63,177 nucleotides of DNA, filler included, from Choristocarpus tenellus KU-1152 (GCA_964200185.2; 13 parts of 13 records of this genome joined end to end with filler, not necessarily neighbours in it); one strand, 5' to 3'; shown: positions 49,031 to 62,976, numbered from the whole stretch's first letter. The notes: generated from the sequence alone by a model not told the origin. A program made the numbers and translations.

Positions 49031-51802
49031 ATGGAGAGCCAGTGACAGATATATTATATGTACTGACTCATAGTGTTGATTGGTTTTTATATCATATTCA
49101 AGATACACTTCATATACTTAAGTAAATAAGTTATTCACAGTAAATAAGTGTGGACGATTACAAACCTCACACTGTAGAATAATAATATGGTAGTTTAGGC
49201 TAGTCTCATCCACATGCTCAGTCAGCGGAATCCAGACCATAACAGACCCTTGTAATACTTTCTTCACTATATCAAGCTGTTCTTTGTCCTTTATCAAAGC
49301 AAAATAAAAGTCGCGGGTCCAGTGTGGGATAGTTCAAGACATACATCAAATAAAATTTGATTGTATGTTAGTTAAATCGAGTTACATCAACAGACTGGTA
49401 ATTTACCATCGCAATACCACCGATACGATTCTTTAAAATAGTGAACAATTTCACAAAATTAGACAGTTCGGGGAAACCTTCTTCTTGAACATCCCAAAAA
49501 CGCGAGAACAAGTCTTTGTAGAATGGGTATTTGACAAAAAAAGATCCGACTTGAGTGGAGTGTACAGAAATAGAACCACCATTGTGGTTCGGGCTTACAA
49601 CACTCATCTTCATGTTCTAAGTTTGCGAGGCTGCTGCCGCTAAGCCTTCATCATGAACAGTCCCAGCAATCGCCACATTGACAATTCTCTTCCATAGAAG
49701 AGCTTTCGATCTATGTCTGGACGTCGAATGTCGCCATCGTACTGTCTTCACCCGTTTCCTCCTGGTCTTCTGCCAGTACGCTAAGCGAGTTCAGGTCCGG
49801 ACGAAGGGCAGGGCCTTCCCTCAAACTCTGCTCCGTCACCCTTCCTGCTCTAGCGAGACACCAGGGGTGCCTTGTCTACAGATGTAGACATTGGAGCCGG
49901 TAGAGGTTGGGTGTAAGTAATACCCCCCTCTTTACCTCCTTCTGTTCCAATCCTGATGGTTGTCTTCTTCTTCTCTTTCCTTGCAGAGGTCTTCTCTTCG
50001 CTGGTGGAAGTGGAAGTGGAGTTGAAGTTGGAAGTCGTCCGTCCCAGTTCTTTGTGTGTCGAACGTCTTTGTGTGGTCAGACATAATTTGAAAGCGCGTG
50101 AGTACAACGGTGGAAGTGTCAACGCGCTGAAGCACTCTGCAAAAGGTGGCAATCACAACCACAAGACCGAACTCTTCCACCACTTTCGACAAAACCGAGT
50201 TACATAGACTTTTCCCTAGCATCTCAAGGTAGTTCAGGAAATAGATATGCAGAACCAAACCCTTACTCCACAACATGTGACAGAATGAATAGGCAACGTC
50301 ACACCAAGGTAATGGATCAGTCAGAATCGGAATGAATCATAATTGCCACAAACATTCTCCATGATTGGCCAAATCCGGATCTTAATCGTGTTTCTGGTTC
50401 TGTAGATTGGGCAATTCGATTCACATATAGGCAAGTTCCATTAATGTGTAATTACCACATAAATAAATATACACAAAATGTCTGTTTTTAAGATGTGAAA
50501 AAGGAACCTTACTGTTCCAGATATTTCGTATAAAAATCAACAGGTGATATGTGTGATGTAATGTTTTTCATATTTATGACAACCGTTACTTTTTCGCTTA
50601 TATTCTGATATATGAAACGTTTTTGTTGATTTTTTTCCTAACATCTGTAAAATGTTAGAAGGGAAATATAAAATATGTGTGATGTAAGAATCACATACTG
50701 TACACCCTTACCTCTCTATCCAGTTGTTCTTGAATGAACTGGTGACGCGAATGAATATTGGAACACTACTAAACTTACATTGTTTTCCTCCATAAAGTTG
50801 TCCTTTACCGCAATCAAGAAGTGATGTTTTGTCGAAGTCGGTTGGCTGAAATTCAATATTCTATTTAACAAAACCTACGATTCTTCCTTTCATGGTTGTT
50901 GTATGAAATGATACCAAGGCTACTATTATACACAACATTGGGACCGAAACAAAGAGGTAAGCTGTAAACAACCCCTGTTGATATCCGTCAACAGTAGTGT
51001 TGCTTCAGAGATATTGGTTAGCATTGGGGGAGCGATATGTATGTAATCCTGAAAGGCTAATCACAATTTTGGTGCGTAGATTTGTTTCGGACAGCAGCAA
51101 AGCACGGGATGATATTCTGTCTTACAAGGTCAGGCATGACTTTTGAACATGTGGTTAGCCCAGGACCTTGGAGTCACATCGCTTGTGAAGGGCCAGCCTG
51201 TTGCCTTCTAACCAAGCCTTAAGCTGAGGCATGATAGATCAAAACAAGTTACTCCATCCGTCGCACTCTATTATCCTTGCAAATATGTGCTTTAAGCCGG
51301 TCGAAGAGACATCAACTCCTCCCTATCTACAACCACTACGTCCCTTACTACTACCCTTGCTGCGTAATATTGTGTTCCTCCCTGGAATAGCCCCTACATT
51401 TGTGTTGTGTCTACCTCTTCACCTTTGGAACAGCTAATGAACCCATACTTCTCTCGCCACGATAAACATGCACAAAAGACCTCATATTATCCACTCTTTA
51501 CTTGTCTGCCTTGAAAACGAATTATTGAAAGCTCTGGAGTTTAGGGTTACAACTGCCTTCGTAGAGCTCTTCCGACACATGAGCAACGAACCAAAACAAT
51601 TGTGTCGCAAATCATCTTTGAAACGGGGTGTGGGCGTTATGTTTGAGTAAGGCTTTCCAGACCCCTCTCCCCAGCATTGATGGTACTCTCTCTAGAAGTC
51701 AGGCACGATTCACACTACTAAGATTAAATCTCGTTATATGTTTACAATACTGACATTATCTTCTGCTCTCTCTTGTGGATGGACACAGGTGCAAAAGCTG
51801 CC

Positions 51803-54800
51803 ATGATTGTACCGTGCATGCTAGTGTTCTTTCTATTCACGTGTCCAGCGGTCAGGGTTAAAGCCGTTGGTCTGTCAGCGAGGGAAGAGCCTTCTGCGGT
51901 GCCGTTTTACATTTATGACCGTGATGAGTATCTTTCCTTGCAGCCCTTGACCTCTCTTATGTCTGAGCAAGAGATCGAGGAACAATGCTCAGAGGCTCAT
52001 AAGGGACTAATTGTTCACTATTGGGTAAGATCTTTTGGTCTGTGTCGTCCGTGCAACTGCTGGAGTGCATTGGTTCTTTTTTTACCATTAAATATACCAA
52101 GAACATCCAGTGTGTAGCATGTATTGTTTAGGAAGAGGACTCCGAGGATACCGATGTCTTCACTCGAAACGTAGCCTATAACAATATGCACATGTTGTCT
52201 AATACATCTGTGGTGTGCACAGGAGGATTTGCAAAGAGAATATCACGTCATTTTGTCTTCAATCTTTACAACAATCAATGGCCATCTGTTCAGATCACCA
52301 ATGTGGAGTGGCTTAACGCCCTCTGGAACCACCCGTGGAGAAGAAGAGATCCCGAGGATGCAGAGCTCTTTGTAATCCTGTACGATGTAGAAGCGTCTTT
52401 TGCTGCTGGAACTTGCAGGGGGAAGAGTCATTATGACCGAACAGTTGAAGCAGTACACACAGTGATATCCAGTCCATGGTATCAGCGAAATCATGGCCGA
52501 GACCATTTTTGGCCGGTGAGGTGAATACTTTTTCCCTTTGTCTATTGCCTCCTTTTACTCATCAGTCGGGGCCTTAGAAAGAAAAGACCATCAATCGCAG
52601 GTTGTCTCAGGTGTTCTTCTTTGTGTTGGAATATAGGTCGCTGAATGTATGTGATGTTGTGATTATCACAAAGCCTTTGCACACAAATTACCCTATCCAT
52701 GCTTGAGTGATTCGGTATCATGCTTGTCGTGTGGCTCTGCCGAGATATCCCTCCTCTGAACGTGCAGTAATTCTTGTTCAATGATCCAGATGTCTGACTG
52801 GAAGCTTAAAGGTGACTACTTTGAATCCTATCCCAAATCCTTGAGGGAAGTCATACACAATATGACACTGGGTCGGTATATGGATGAGCACCAGAACGTT
52901 CACGATGTTTCCTATCCGGTGGACGATGCCAGTATGCCTTCAAAATGGTGGAGGATAAGGAACGGATGGCGGTGCACCATTTCAACACCAGTTAAAGCAG
53001 GTCAGCAACTATTCAAGGATGAGCTCTCCTATGAAGAGTGGAATGCAAGAAAAATCTTCTTGTTTTTCCGAGGCAAGTACAAAGATTGCAACGACCCATC
53101 TGCTGCATTATCTAGGTCAAAGGTTTATGATATGAGGATCCTCCCAAACGTGAGCATCACTAGAGGCCATGCAAAATCAGCCGAGGTGAGAGGACCCACA
53201 TAAAGGTGATTGAGGGGTTCAGATGTATCTGTGTCAAACTTCCAACACGATGTAAGGTTGCGGATATAGTTGAGGGTAGACAAGAGTAGGACGTACCTGA
53301 TCTGAATGTCAGTGTGCTGCTACTCTGCTGTATTGGCACTGCCTAAAATGAAGCTACTCCACAGCGATTAGAAGCTGTATGTCATACATGAAGAGTCTGG
53401 TCATGTAGCTGCCCCGATAGATCAGCACCTAAAAGGCTATGAAGAACTTGGAGAGATATCCAGAAGTCAGAGTCCGTCACGTTTTATTCCGTGGTGAAAT
53501 TTTATCTCATAAGATAAGAAACGAATAAAAGTAGGACATGGTGTCCAGTCTCGCTTGAAATTTGAGTATGTATACTCCAAAGTATGTTAAGTATGACGTA
53601 CAGATATCAAATGTCCGATATTAAGGCTGAGTCTATTTATTGAGGCTCAAAGTATCTGAGGGGGGGTGGCGGCTGTATATTTGTGGTCAATCAATTCATG
53701 TCGCGATTATTGGGTGATTTGGTTGCATACGTCGAATGGATAATGTAAATGCACTTTTCTTGGTTTTGGCCCAAATGGGCACCGTGGTGTAGACCCCCTC
53801 CCCAAGGTACTTTGGGTCTGAGCTCTTTAGTTTGTTCCTTTTAAATCCGTGTATATCCATCTTTCCTTGATTTCCAGATCTCGTTAGAGGTCTGCGTAAA
53901 GAGTTAATTGGCAAATACTGGGAGTGGCAAATATCTATCTATTACAGCAAAAATGCATGTATGTCAGGTTGGTGAATGATCCTTAGTGTTATTCTGTTCT
54001 GGCTAGGAATGATGTTCAATACATTATGTGTTGCCTATGTTTTGGGATGTTTCATCCACCATGATAAGGCACCTGTGAAGAAAGATTAGCGTCAACTCTA
54101 ATGTGGGGTGTCAAGTAGGAATGGCCACAGTGACACTGGTGTCCTAGGACAAGGAGGTGGATCTAGGCCTCACCTCAGCTATTAGATTCAAACAGAAATC
54201 AATTTGTTGAAGACAGCAGTGACATGAAGGGTAACAATATGTTGTTACCCTGCGCTTCTTTACAGATCAATAATTGAGGTCAGAGAGCATAACCTTGACT
54301 GCATTTTGTCTCTCAGCTTCTTGAGTTGCTCCTAGCTACTCATTGTCAACAGCATGTTTTTCTGACTCCGTTTCATCAAGGAAGATGGCGCAGAGTGAGG
54401 TATCGAATTTGGTATTGATTCTCAAGGTAGAACTCCGTTTTGCTTCATTGATTCTGAGTTGAAAGACCCTAGATTTGTGTAATTTATCAGAATTTGGTGA
54501 GCCTATAGGTTTTCACTTGCATTGTATAACGTTTACACAGACTATCGATTGTTTGTACCCTATTTTCCAGGAATTAGTTGATGTCATTTCACTGGTTTAT
54601 AATGACATCTTACCTACTCCAAAATGTTTCGGAGTAGGTAAAATGTGTACCTTATGAAAAGGAGTGTCCGGAACAATGATCTTGACATCTCCTATAAAAA
54701 CGATAGCCAAATTAAATCAAAATTGCAGCATTGGATTCTGACCCCCAAATGAAAGCGGCTCTACCCTTTAAGATACTTTGATCCACTACTATGATATAGT

Positions 54801-55980
54801 AGAGAAATGTACAGATTTCTCTTTTTTGTCCCATCCACTTTTGAACAGTTTAACACTCAACCCGTTGCTGACAAACAATTGATCTTCCATGCCACTGTTT
54901 CCCCACAGGGATTTGTCTCCGAGATTCAAAATTCAAAGTTCTGCCTAGTCATATCTTGTGATGACCCACAGACAAGCAGGTAAGTTGGTGAGGATAAAAC
55001 AAAATCACAGGGTCATTTTAAGGCAAGGATTTCAATAGTATTAGACCCAACTGCTTAGCATCTCAAATTATGGAGTGTGGTGCGTAAAGATGAATCCAAT
55101 GTTTGGTTTAAGTGAACACCACAGTCCCAAGTATCTATTGACCAGGTCCAACCAACTGCGAACCAGTGAAATAGGGTGGAGAAAAGTATAAGTCATCATA
55201 TGCTTGGAATTCGACCGTTATATAATGATGACTTCAAATTTCTTCCTTATGGCCATGTACACATGCTTTCACAGATACGCTAGTGCCTTGGCAGCTGGGT
55301 GCATGCCCGTCATCATAGATAGTGGCTTCCGTTTGGCCGTCGCTCCATTCAAGCGGTTGATAAATTATGATCAGATCATGATCACAGTGCCATCCCAGGT
55401 CAGGTCCTATCCCCATGCACGAAGGAAAGAGGCATCTATGAGGGTTGAGGCCCGCAATGTTGGTGCTTAACCCAAGCTCTTTGAACTGCTACCCAAGCAA
55501 AATGCAAATTGTCTACGTGGTCTTCAGTTTGTCGTATATGACATGGATTGAGGGCACAGAAGCATTAGGCTGTACTGCTTGCTAGAGCTTTAATCTGACA
55601 AGAGGGTTAGGATTTGCTCACAATCCTAAAACCCATCATCGGTTGTTGCTAGTATGTATGACACTGCCTGCGTTCTTTGTTCTCTTCCTAACAGTATGCT
55701 CTGTATGTCTTGTTGATACTAGTCCCATCTAGACATGTATGCTGAACTTGACCTCCACTGTATATTAACCCCTCAGATATGGAATGAGGACCCAGTTGGT
55801 GCAGTGCACGACATTTACACTCTCCCAGAGTCAAAGTTAAGGCCACACTATGAGAGAATGATCGAGGCTCGAAAGGACCTGCTGTGGGAACATCCAGAAA
55901 GCAGGGTCGCAACTAATGGGCTGACAGAGATCAAGGAGGACTGCCTCTCACCAGGAGCACAAAGGAACTTTCCCTACTAG
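51803..55980 (+). CDS. Exostosin-family (GT47) glycosyltransferase, complete; exons 51803-52024, 52294-52515, 52790-53185, 54909-54979, 55275-55398, 55777-55980
   Basis: It has an N-terminal hydrophobic signal/anchor and the motifs FYIYD, HPWRRRDPEDAELF, PWYQRNHGRDHF, RKIFLFFRG and SKFCLV...TSR...GCMPVII. All junctions are GT-AG and in frame, with a stop at 55978-55980. Confidence 0.92.
53644..53818. mobile_element. MITE family B, full copy in a GT47 intron, TSD TGA
   Basis: GGCTCAAAGTATCT...GGTACTTTGGGTC with a family B interior. Confidence 0.88.
54590..54784 (+). mobile_element. MITE family A, 5'-truncated, in a GT47 intron
   Basis: The internal hairpin and right TIR are present; the left end is missing. 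Confidence 0.85.
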
Positions 55981-56508
55981 CCGTGAAAATATTTCATATA
56001 GACATCACACATTCTAGTAGGTTTGGAATATTGAACACCAGCATTGAAAGGTGGACAGGAGCATTATGTTTCTATCCAGGTCATGGTTTATCACATCGGT
56101 TTAAATATTTGCGGACACATCCAGTCCAACAGCCAGACAAGTATCAGTGTCTTTTGATATCTCTGGACAATGTGACCAGAGATCATCTTTGGATGGGACA
56201 GGAAGTGTATCTGTTGCCACGTGCACATCTATGGTGATACTGGCCGTAGTTATCGTGAAGCCTACTGTTACATACTTAAATACTTTAGTATACAGTTCAG
56301 TGAGTACTCATCTGATTTCAATTTCAATCTTTGACCATGAAATAGGGAGGCAGGAGGGATGTACGAATAGATCAGTTTTCCCACTTCTATTTTTGACTAT
56401 TCAAGACCCTTGAATGTGTTGACCCGACCCGTGTTAACTAAGTCTGTCCTGTATATATACGTTTTTGATGCATAGCTGTGATCTGTTTCAACATCATCGG
56501 CTAAGAGG

Positions 56509-57354
56509 TGTTGAAACCTGATTTCGTATGAGTTGTGCATTGTTATGATGTGTCTGTGGTTTATGGCGAAGAGGATCATAGTGCAACAAAGCACTGATGA
56601 GTTTGTTCTGGTCGGTCTAATGGCTTGTTTTACTCAAGCAGACAATGTTTGATGTGAAAGTATGTTTGGTTGTACTGTGGTTAACACGTTTAGGGGCAAG
56701 TGCGTTTCGTAGTTCAAAAAGACACCTGCGCGTCCGGTCTGGTACATCTGAAGGGATGTTTTACTCAGTCAGACTTTAGTTGATGTAAAATGTGTACTGG
56801 TACGTCTGCAGCATTTTTTACTCGAGCAGACTATGATTGATAAAACGTGTGTAGTCATTCATTGAGACGCTCAAATGAAGAAATTAATCCCCTGTGAAGA
56901 GGGTCGTCACCTTGGCCGATAAGGATTTCGAAGGATGGTTTGAACTATGTTTATATGGCATCCTGGCGTGTGTCTTCTACGTGTTGCAGAGTGAACAGGA
57001 TGTCTTACAACGCGGCAATGCCAGTTAAGTAAAGATAATAGTGAACACATGCTATGCAGCTGATAAATTCTTGCGTGAATAAGAAGCAAAATCAAAGAAA
57101 GAAGAACACAAGCTTGAATCCATATCTAAGCTAACCAATGTCATATAGTATGCCTGTGTATGTGATGGGTAGCGACTGTTCCTATGCTTCCTATTCGCTG
57201 TGATGTTCTTTTAGTGGTTGAGTACGGTTGTAGTGATGAGGACATAGTGTAAATGGGAATAGCGACCATTGCAATGGACAAATCAACGTACAGTATGGAC
57301 TTAATACTGTATCTCGTATCAAGGCAAATAGGATGAGTAGCCTACGTTTTAACA
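56509..57354. mobile_element. Solo LTR (family C), uninterrupted, about 846 bp, opposite orientation
   Basis: Termini are TGTTGAAAC...GTTTTAACA, with flanks AGAGG/ACAGG (5-bp TSD, one mismatch). Confidence 0.85.
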
Positions 57355-58287
57355 ACAGGCTGGGTCATTGTCATCTATATTTCCTAAACACGTCAGGGCC
57401 ATTGACCAAACAATGGCCAGCCCGAAGTCCTGGTCATTATGCAAGCTGCCCTGATTGATTTTTTTTAGGCATGAGATTTTTTCCAGGGACAAGTGTACCA
57501 ATGAAATATGTGGTGAGCACAACATAATGTTAGAAGTGTATCCTCTTCAGTATCACTAAAGTCCAAATATAATACAATAAAACGGAAATCATATGTGTGG
57601 CCACGCAAGTTGTGGGAAGAGAGGTGGTCTAAGTCGTGTGGGATCGATGAACCCACTTTGGAAAGAGTATCAGGTATCAAGGTGGACATTGTGCACCTTA
57701 TTTTCTTTCTGGGATGAACTTTGTATTGACATGGTTTCATGAGTTAATATCACGGTGATAGTATGTGCGATGTATCCGTACATCCGTCGGCCTCTTCCAT
57801 GTCCTTCGGGAAATGATTTGATGCAGAAGAGGCTGTAGTACCCTGATTTTTGCGGGAAGGACAGCACTTTGATTGTTCATAGTCCCGCACATGGTTGCAG
57901 TAGCGATCGGTATGAGAGGTGGTGCAGTGTACATGAACGTGAAACAAACGTGAAAAGGTTCGTACTCTCTCATTTGTGAGGAAATTCTTCTTTTTAATCT
58001 TGTTACTTCAGGTATTATTGATATCCACACCAATTGCAAGTCGGACAAATCAAGAGGATGAGTCGTGCCAACAAATATTTGTTATTTTTTTTCTTAGCAC
58101 AGGAAGGAGTGGTGGTGTTGACATGCAAAATAAGATATATGCAACAACTAACCACCGATATACAGATACGTATTTTGAAACTCAAAAAGCTAAGGGCGAC
58201 CCCCCAATTTTGGGTTTCTAGGCACTTCCAAATTTCATTTTGCGAAATTTTGTTCCGTCTATCGCCTCTGTTTGCAATTATCTCATT

Positions 58288-58288
<1 letters not shown>

Positions 58289-58323
<35 letters not shown>
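58289..58323 (+). repeat. (TA)n microsatellite
   Basis: Direct reading of the sequence. Confidence 0.9.
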
Positions 58324-58326
<3 letters not shown>

Positions 58327-59299
58327 GTTTTACTTGTGACAACGTATTGGGGTGAAAGCTTATGACCTTAGCTTCAAGCAGGTGTTACATTTGGCCTATC
58401 TATACGCATTCCACTGTTTGATGGCATCTGCATGAAAATTGGGGGGCCATTTTCAAGTCCTGATAGTTCTCCTATTCTTAGAGGTAGCACAAGGAAAGTG
58501 AGGAAGACTATTTTTTCTAGCAGAGAAGAAAACAACACGCTGAAACCTGTCGAGGGCAATTTTCGAGACTCAAGATCAATCTTGAGTTATCGTCGCCCCA
58601 GCTAAGGAGTCCCTAGATGGGGAGTAAGAGAAACAAGAACCAAGAGTGAGAGTATGGATGCCAACTGGAGATGATCTATCATAATTTGGGGGGCCAAAGT
58701 GAACGGTCTCTCTCAGTTGCCTGGAGATGATCACTTTGAGTGGTTCACCTCGTCTTCTTGGAAAATATGTTGATTCAGGGAGATGATGAAGAACTATGGC
58801 AAACGATGCCCGTGCTCACAAATACGATGGTTGGCGTGACAATCCTAGAAGCATTGAGAAAGTGGAGGTAAGTCTGGGCGTTCGCTTATAAAGCCACCAA
58901 CACATGATATGCAAAAGGATAGACATTGTGTATGAATATGTGTAGATGTGCATATCGATGTCGACATCCTTGAAATGCACACTGACCGACCCTTACAAAC
59001 TCCCTTGCCAACTCCCTTACCTCAAAGGGGAATGCGGATTTGCGTTACAGATGAATAGCGCAAGAAATTAATCCCGCGCTCTAACCAGCGCAACCAGTGT
59101 ACGTGCGTGTGGAACCCAAAATAGGGGAACTCCGATTTACTAAAAGTTCAGAGTAATTTTCTGTAGCTTGAGAATATATGCAAGGGTTTTCACATGTATC
59201 ACAGTCTGTAAACCGGAATAAATAGATGGTGGATGAAGAGAAACCCTTCACTCTGATGTTTTATTCCATATGCATCCTCATTGATTCATAGTATACCTT

Positions 59300-60090
59300 C
59301 ATCTACTAACCTGACATTCACCATTCTCGTTGGGCCTTTTGACTCTCGGAGTATCCCAGGAGTTCTGTACAGGCATCTGCGTCATCTATAGGCGTGTGGA
59401 TTGGAGCTGTACGTCTCGTGGAGGCATGCTTTGGAGCGTGCTGTAACATGGAGGTCCTACGTTGTCTCTTCAAACTGGAGAGAATTTGCAGTATTCACCT
59501 CAGCGTTTAGGATTCTTGGTAGCTCCCTACTATGGACTGGATTTCCTTCTGCATAGTTTCCTCATCTCCTTGGATGGTCTTGGACTGCTTTCACCATCTG
59601 CCCCTTCTACACCTTTTAACTTGGAGGAAAGTACTGGCATAATAGCATATGTGGCTCCAAGGGAGGTACCATACACCTCTGATCGTAAACGGGTGGTCTC
59701 TGACCGCAGTGGTATAGGCGTTGCTTAGGTAGCTATTTCTCGCCATTCCTACATATTTGCAATTAGTCATGGTCTCTTGCTCAACGACAAAGTCCATGGT
59801 GTATTCATCTCGCTCGAACGTCACTTGGGCTGAGGTCACCAACTTGGACTCTTGAGGAAGCCAGATGTATCAACACAGTGATTTACGATCATGTCCCATG
59901 ATGACACCCCGCTTGGCGTATGGGTGAAACTTTGAACCAGCTCCCCTCTGTTGCTTCCTGGTGGAAGTAGCACTGGCTCCCCCAGGCCCAAAGTCTTATC
60001 ATAATTAAAGGTGTTGTCCTTTAGACGCTCACATGATGTCTGTCCTCCCATGTCGAATGACCTAGTGTTTGTGCTGACACAAGTATACAA
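59300..60090 (-). mobile_element. Decayed copia integrase C-terminal region
   Basis: Frameshifted WAWGSQCYFH...KFHPYAKRGVIMGHDRKSLC*YIWLPQESKLVTSAQVTFE matches the copia post-integrase SH3-like motif. Confidence 0.75.
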
Positions 60091-60329
60091 CATAGGTTAT
60101 ACGTATGTTTATATTTGGTTAGGTATGATACAGAGTNNNNNNNNNNNNNNNNNNNNNNNNNNNNNNNNNNNNNNNNNNNNTTAATTAATTAANNNNNNNN
60201 NNNNNNNNNNNNNNNNNNNNNNNNNNNNNNNNNNNNGATATGTCTTGATGGCGGTTTCATAAACGCCATTATGACCTTCAAGTTCTAGATTTGATATATT
60301 TGTACTCCTTGACTATTTATTTATTATTT

Positions 60330-60830
60330 GGTCAGTATGGTCCCCGATTGTGATAAGACATCGTGGAGCAGTTCCTTTTATATGATGATATTGATGTTAA
60401 TTCAAGTGAGAGATCCAGTATACCTGACGACTTGTGCATCAGGAGTCCTGTACGTACGTCAGTATCATCTATAGGCCCGTAGATTGGAGCTATACATCCT
60501 GTGGAGGTAAGCTTTGAGGGGCGCCTGTAACATAACTGGGGACTCTGCATGATGAGGTAGATGACGGGGTCGTGACTCTGAATGGACCGACAATCGAGCT
60601 GAGGACCTGGTCAGGTTGCTTCCCGTTCTCGATGGCGTTCCACTTCTGCCTGGAGAAGTTGGTTCTCTTGTAGGAGTTGGACGAAGTCTGAACGAGGAAC
60701 AGCACTGAAGGTGTTCTGTACATCTTCACACAACATTGGAGGAGTTATAGGAACAATTATGTTAGGGGAAGACTGCAACCTGACCAAATCACTAGATGAA
60801 CGTCATTTTACTGTTACCAGTCAACGCCTA
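60330..60830 (-). mobile_element. Retroelement relic related to the 59.3-60.1 kb copia
   Basis: About 60435-60535 is similar to about 59355-59455. It also has a coiled-coil-like segment (QLLQENQLLQAEVERHRE) and a PBS-like TGGTAACAG near 60819. Confidence 0.45.
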
Positions 60831-61319
60831 AAAATAAAAATGTTTGTCTGCTTCGCACACACAGGTTCAAATCTCACTGGTGTCGCCAATATGAATAGTG
60901 TGACTCTGTGTTTGCGTGGTTCACTCAGCCAAGAGTAGTGAAGATAATCACTAGGTAAGAAGGACCAGACCAATTAAAATGAACTGTGACCAAAAAGGAC
61001 GACGTTAAGGTTGGACAAGTACAAAAGTGGAAGGACTTACAGAAAATTGTAGGATGATAAGAATTTCATATCCCCCCTATAGTGGTACCGATATCTTGTG
61101 CGTCTGGGGTTGTCCCGTCATATCTTTTGATGTAGACATCGGAATTAAATAGTAAAAGCATATTAGTGATGCCCACAATGCACTCCAGAGTACGGACTTC
61201 GTTTTTCTTATTTTTGCGGTTTTTTTTTTTAAGAAACACCACTTATATTGGGGTTCGAACCCTGGATTGTACGTCACCAAGAGTGGCAACAGATATACTG
61301 TTACTTGATTAAAGTATAG

Positions 61320-62210
61320 GGTTCAGACGGGGAAAAGCCTCCCCACCCTTTCTTCCTCTATGTTCATGTACCCACTCTTTGACCTCGGAAAGGATGTCCT
61401 CGGCAAGGCCCAGAACGAAACGCCTCTCGTCGCGCCCTTGCTCCGAACCTTGATGTGGCTCTTAGTTAGGAAGTCTCTCTCCCTTTTACTCACAGTTTCC
61501 GACCTGACCTGCTTCCATCTCGAGCGCTGTTTGGCAGTCTTTCCCATCGTTCTTACACAGGTACAGGATTCGCAGTTGTTAGAGCCTTTACTATCACATT
61601 TCCTTGTTGTGTGCCAGAAATGGGTTACCTTCTTTCGGGATTCAGGCCCCTTGTAGCCCAACCCTAACACCTTCTTTCTCTTATTTCCTTAAGTCACTCC
61701 GGTTCGCACAGCTTCCAAACAGCAGGGTCTGCTTCAACTGTTGACTACTAAGATATTCGACAACCGGGTTTTTGCTTTAGGCGTTTCCTGTGAGCGCAAT
61801 GGCATGTGGTCGCATTGCTCTCCTCCCCAACCTTCCCTTCGCCCGGTCACTCTGGTTCTCCCTTCGCCCGCCGTGACCAGGCTTCCCCACAGACTTCATC
61901 ACTGTACCTGGTGATGGACTCACTGCTCTCTTCCTGCTTTCCCAAGTCGGCAGAGACTGCAGAGCAGTGCTCCGATGTGGTTGAAGATCCAACCAATTTT
62001 TTGTGGTAATGTTTTCAATGCATCTTCTCTCAGCGTCAGTGTCGCGGCCACATGGTCCATTTCGCGATTTGTTATGTTGCTGCGCCAAAGTACACGCACT
62101 TTCTCATCACCTAACATTGCACTGAGTGTCACACGGTACTTCTTTTTCCGCCCCCTCTCGACAGAGAAGGTGCCGAGGGTAGATCCAGAGGGCAGAGTGG
62201 CCTAGGCGGC
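61320..62210 (-). pseudogene. Decayed DNA transposase N-terminal half, IS630/Tc1-like
   Basis: Joining a frameshift gives SETVSKRERDFLTKSHIKV-EQGRDERRFVLGLAEDILSEVKEWVHEHRGRKGG, which resembles the N-terminal TVR.W..F..QG.H.R..ED..W motif of eukaryotic IS630-like transposases. No DDE core is seen. Confidence 0.5.
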
Positions 62211-62976
62211 TCTCCTTGTCTCTCCGTCGCGGTTCATGTTGCTGTGCAAGTCATGTGTGTGTGTCCTCACAGAAAGTCTGTAAAAGGCGTTAAAAAGATG
62301 TCCAGAAATCTTGATTTTTTTCGGTAAAGTCTCACCACCACAGTTGGACAGCAACCTATCTCGGACCAGTTCTCTCCAAGGAGTTCACTCAACAACTTCC
62401 TTTTTTTCCATTTTGAAGTCGTGACCTTCAAAATTGCGTCGGAGATATTCCCCAGCGTTTTTTCCACTATTTGATCGGGACATAGCTCCTGTTCCCCGAA
62501 GTCTGGACATTAGTGAATACAAGACTTCAAGAGCTCTTGTCATACCCTTTCATTTGATATTGTTGTATATTTATTGTGACCATACGGTGAGAAAATTCAA
62601 GATTGCCACAGACCGCGAAGCTACTGGTATCACTTTATAAAAGTCGAAGGGTATAATAATAAAAATATATTAGGGAGTTCATCAGAAAACCGAGATGAAA
62701 TATCAAAAAGAGAATCTTGGAAGTTTCGTGTTTATAATGGTGTAGAGACTACTTCCAGAAACGGTTCTTCCACAAAACTCCTCAATTCAATTTTTATTAT
62801 TATCCCATCTAACATTTTGTAGGTATGTGGGAGAAAAGACCAATTCAACACACTCTTCCAATGTACAATAGCTAATAGAGTTTGGAGACAACTTTCACAT
62901 ATATTGTATTTTGACAACTGTTATTATTCCTGGGGTTTATATGGTATTGGAAGGGTTCAAATGACATTGAATTGTC

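Larger units (their letters stand above)
3622..60236. other. 12 artificial 100-bp contig-joining linkers (N44-TTAATTAATTAA-N44) at 3622, 6448, 9584, 13789, 17309, 24010, 29089, 32812, 35739, 41331, 46199 and 60137; span given is first to last
   Basis: An identical six-frame-stop spacer sits inside N runs each time, and genes and repeats are truncated at these points. Confidence 0.98.

Noticed and set aside
57460-58900. Possible integrated giant-virus genes
   Set aside because: There are no intact ORFs or viral hallmark motifs. The faint motifs fit a decayed LTR-retrotransposon pol better, but are too weak to call.
61240-61300. GGGTTCGAACCC B-box/T-loop motif suggesting a tRNA
   Set aside because: No cloverleaf or convincing A-box could be built. 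At most it is a decayed SINE head.
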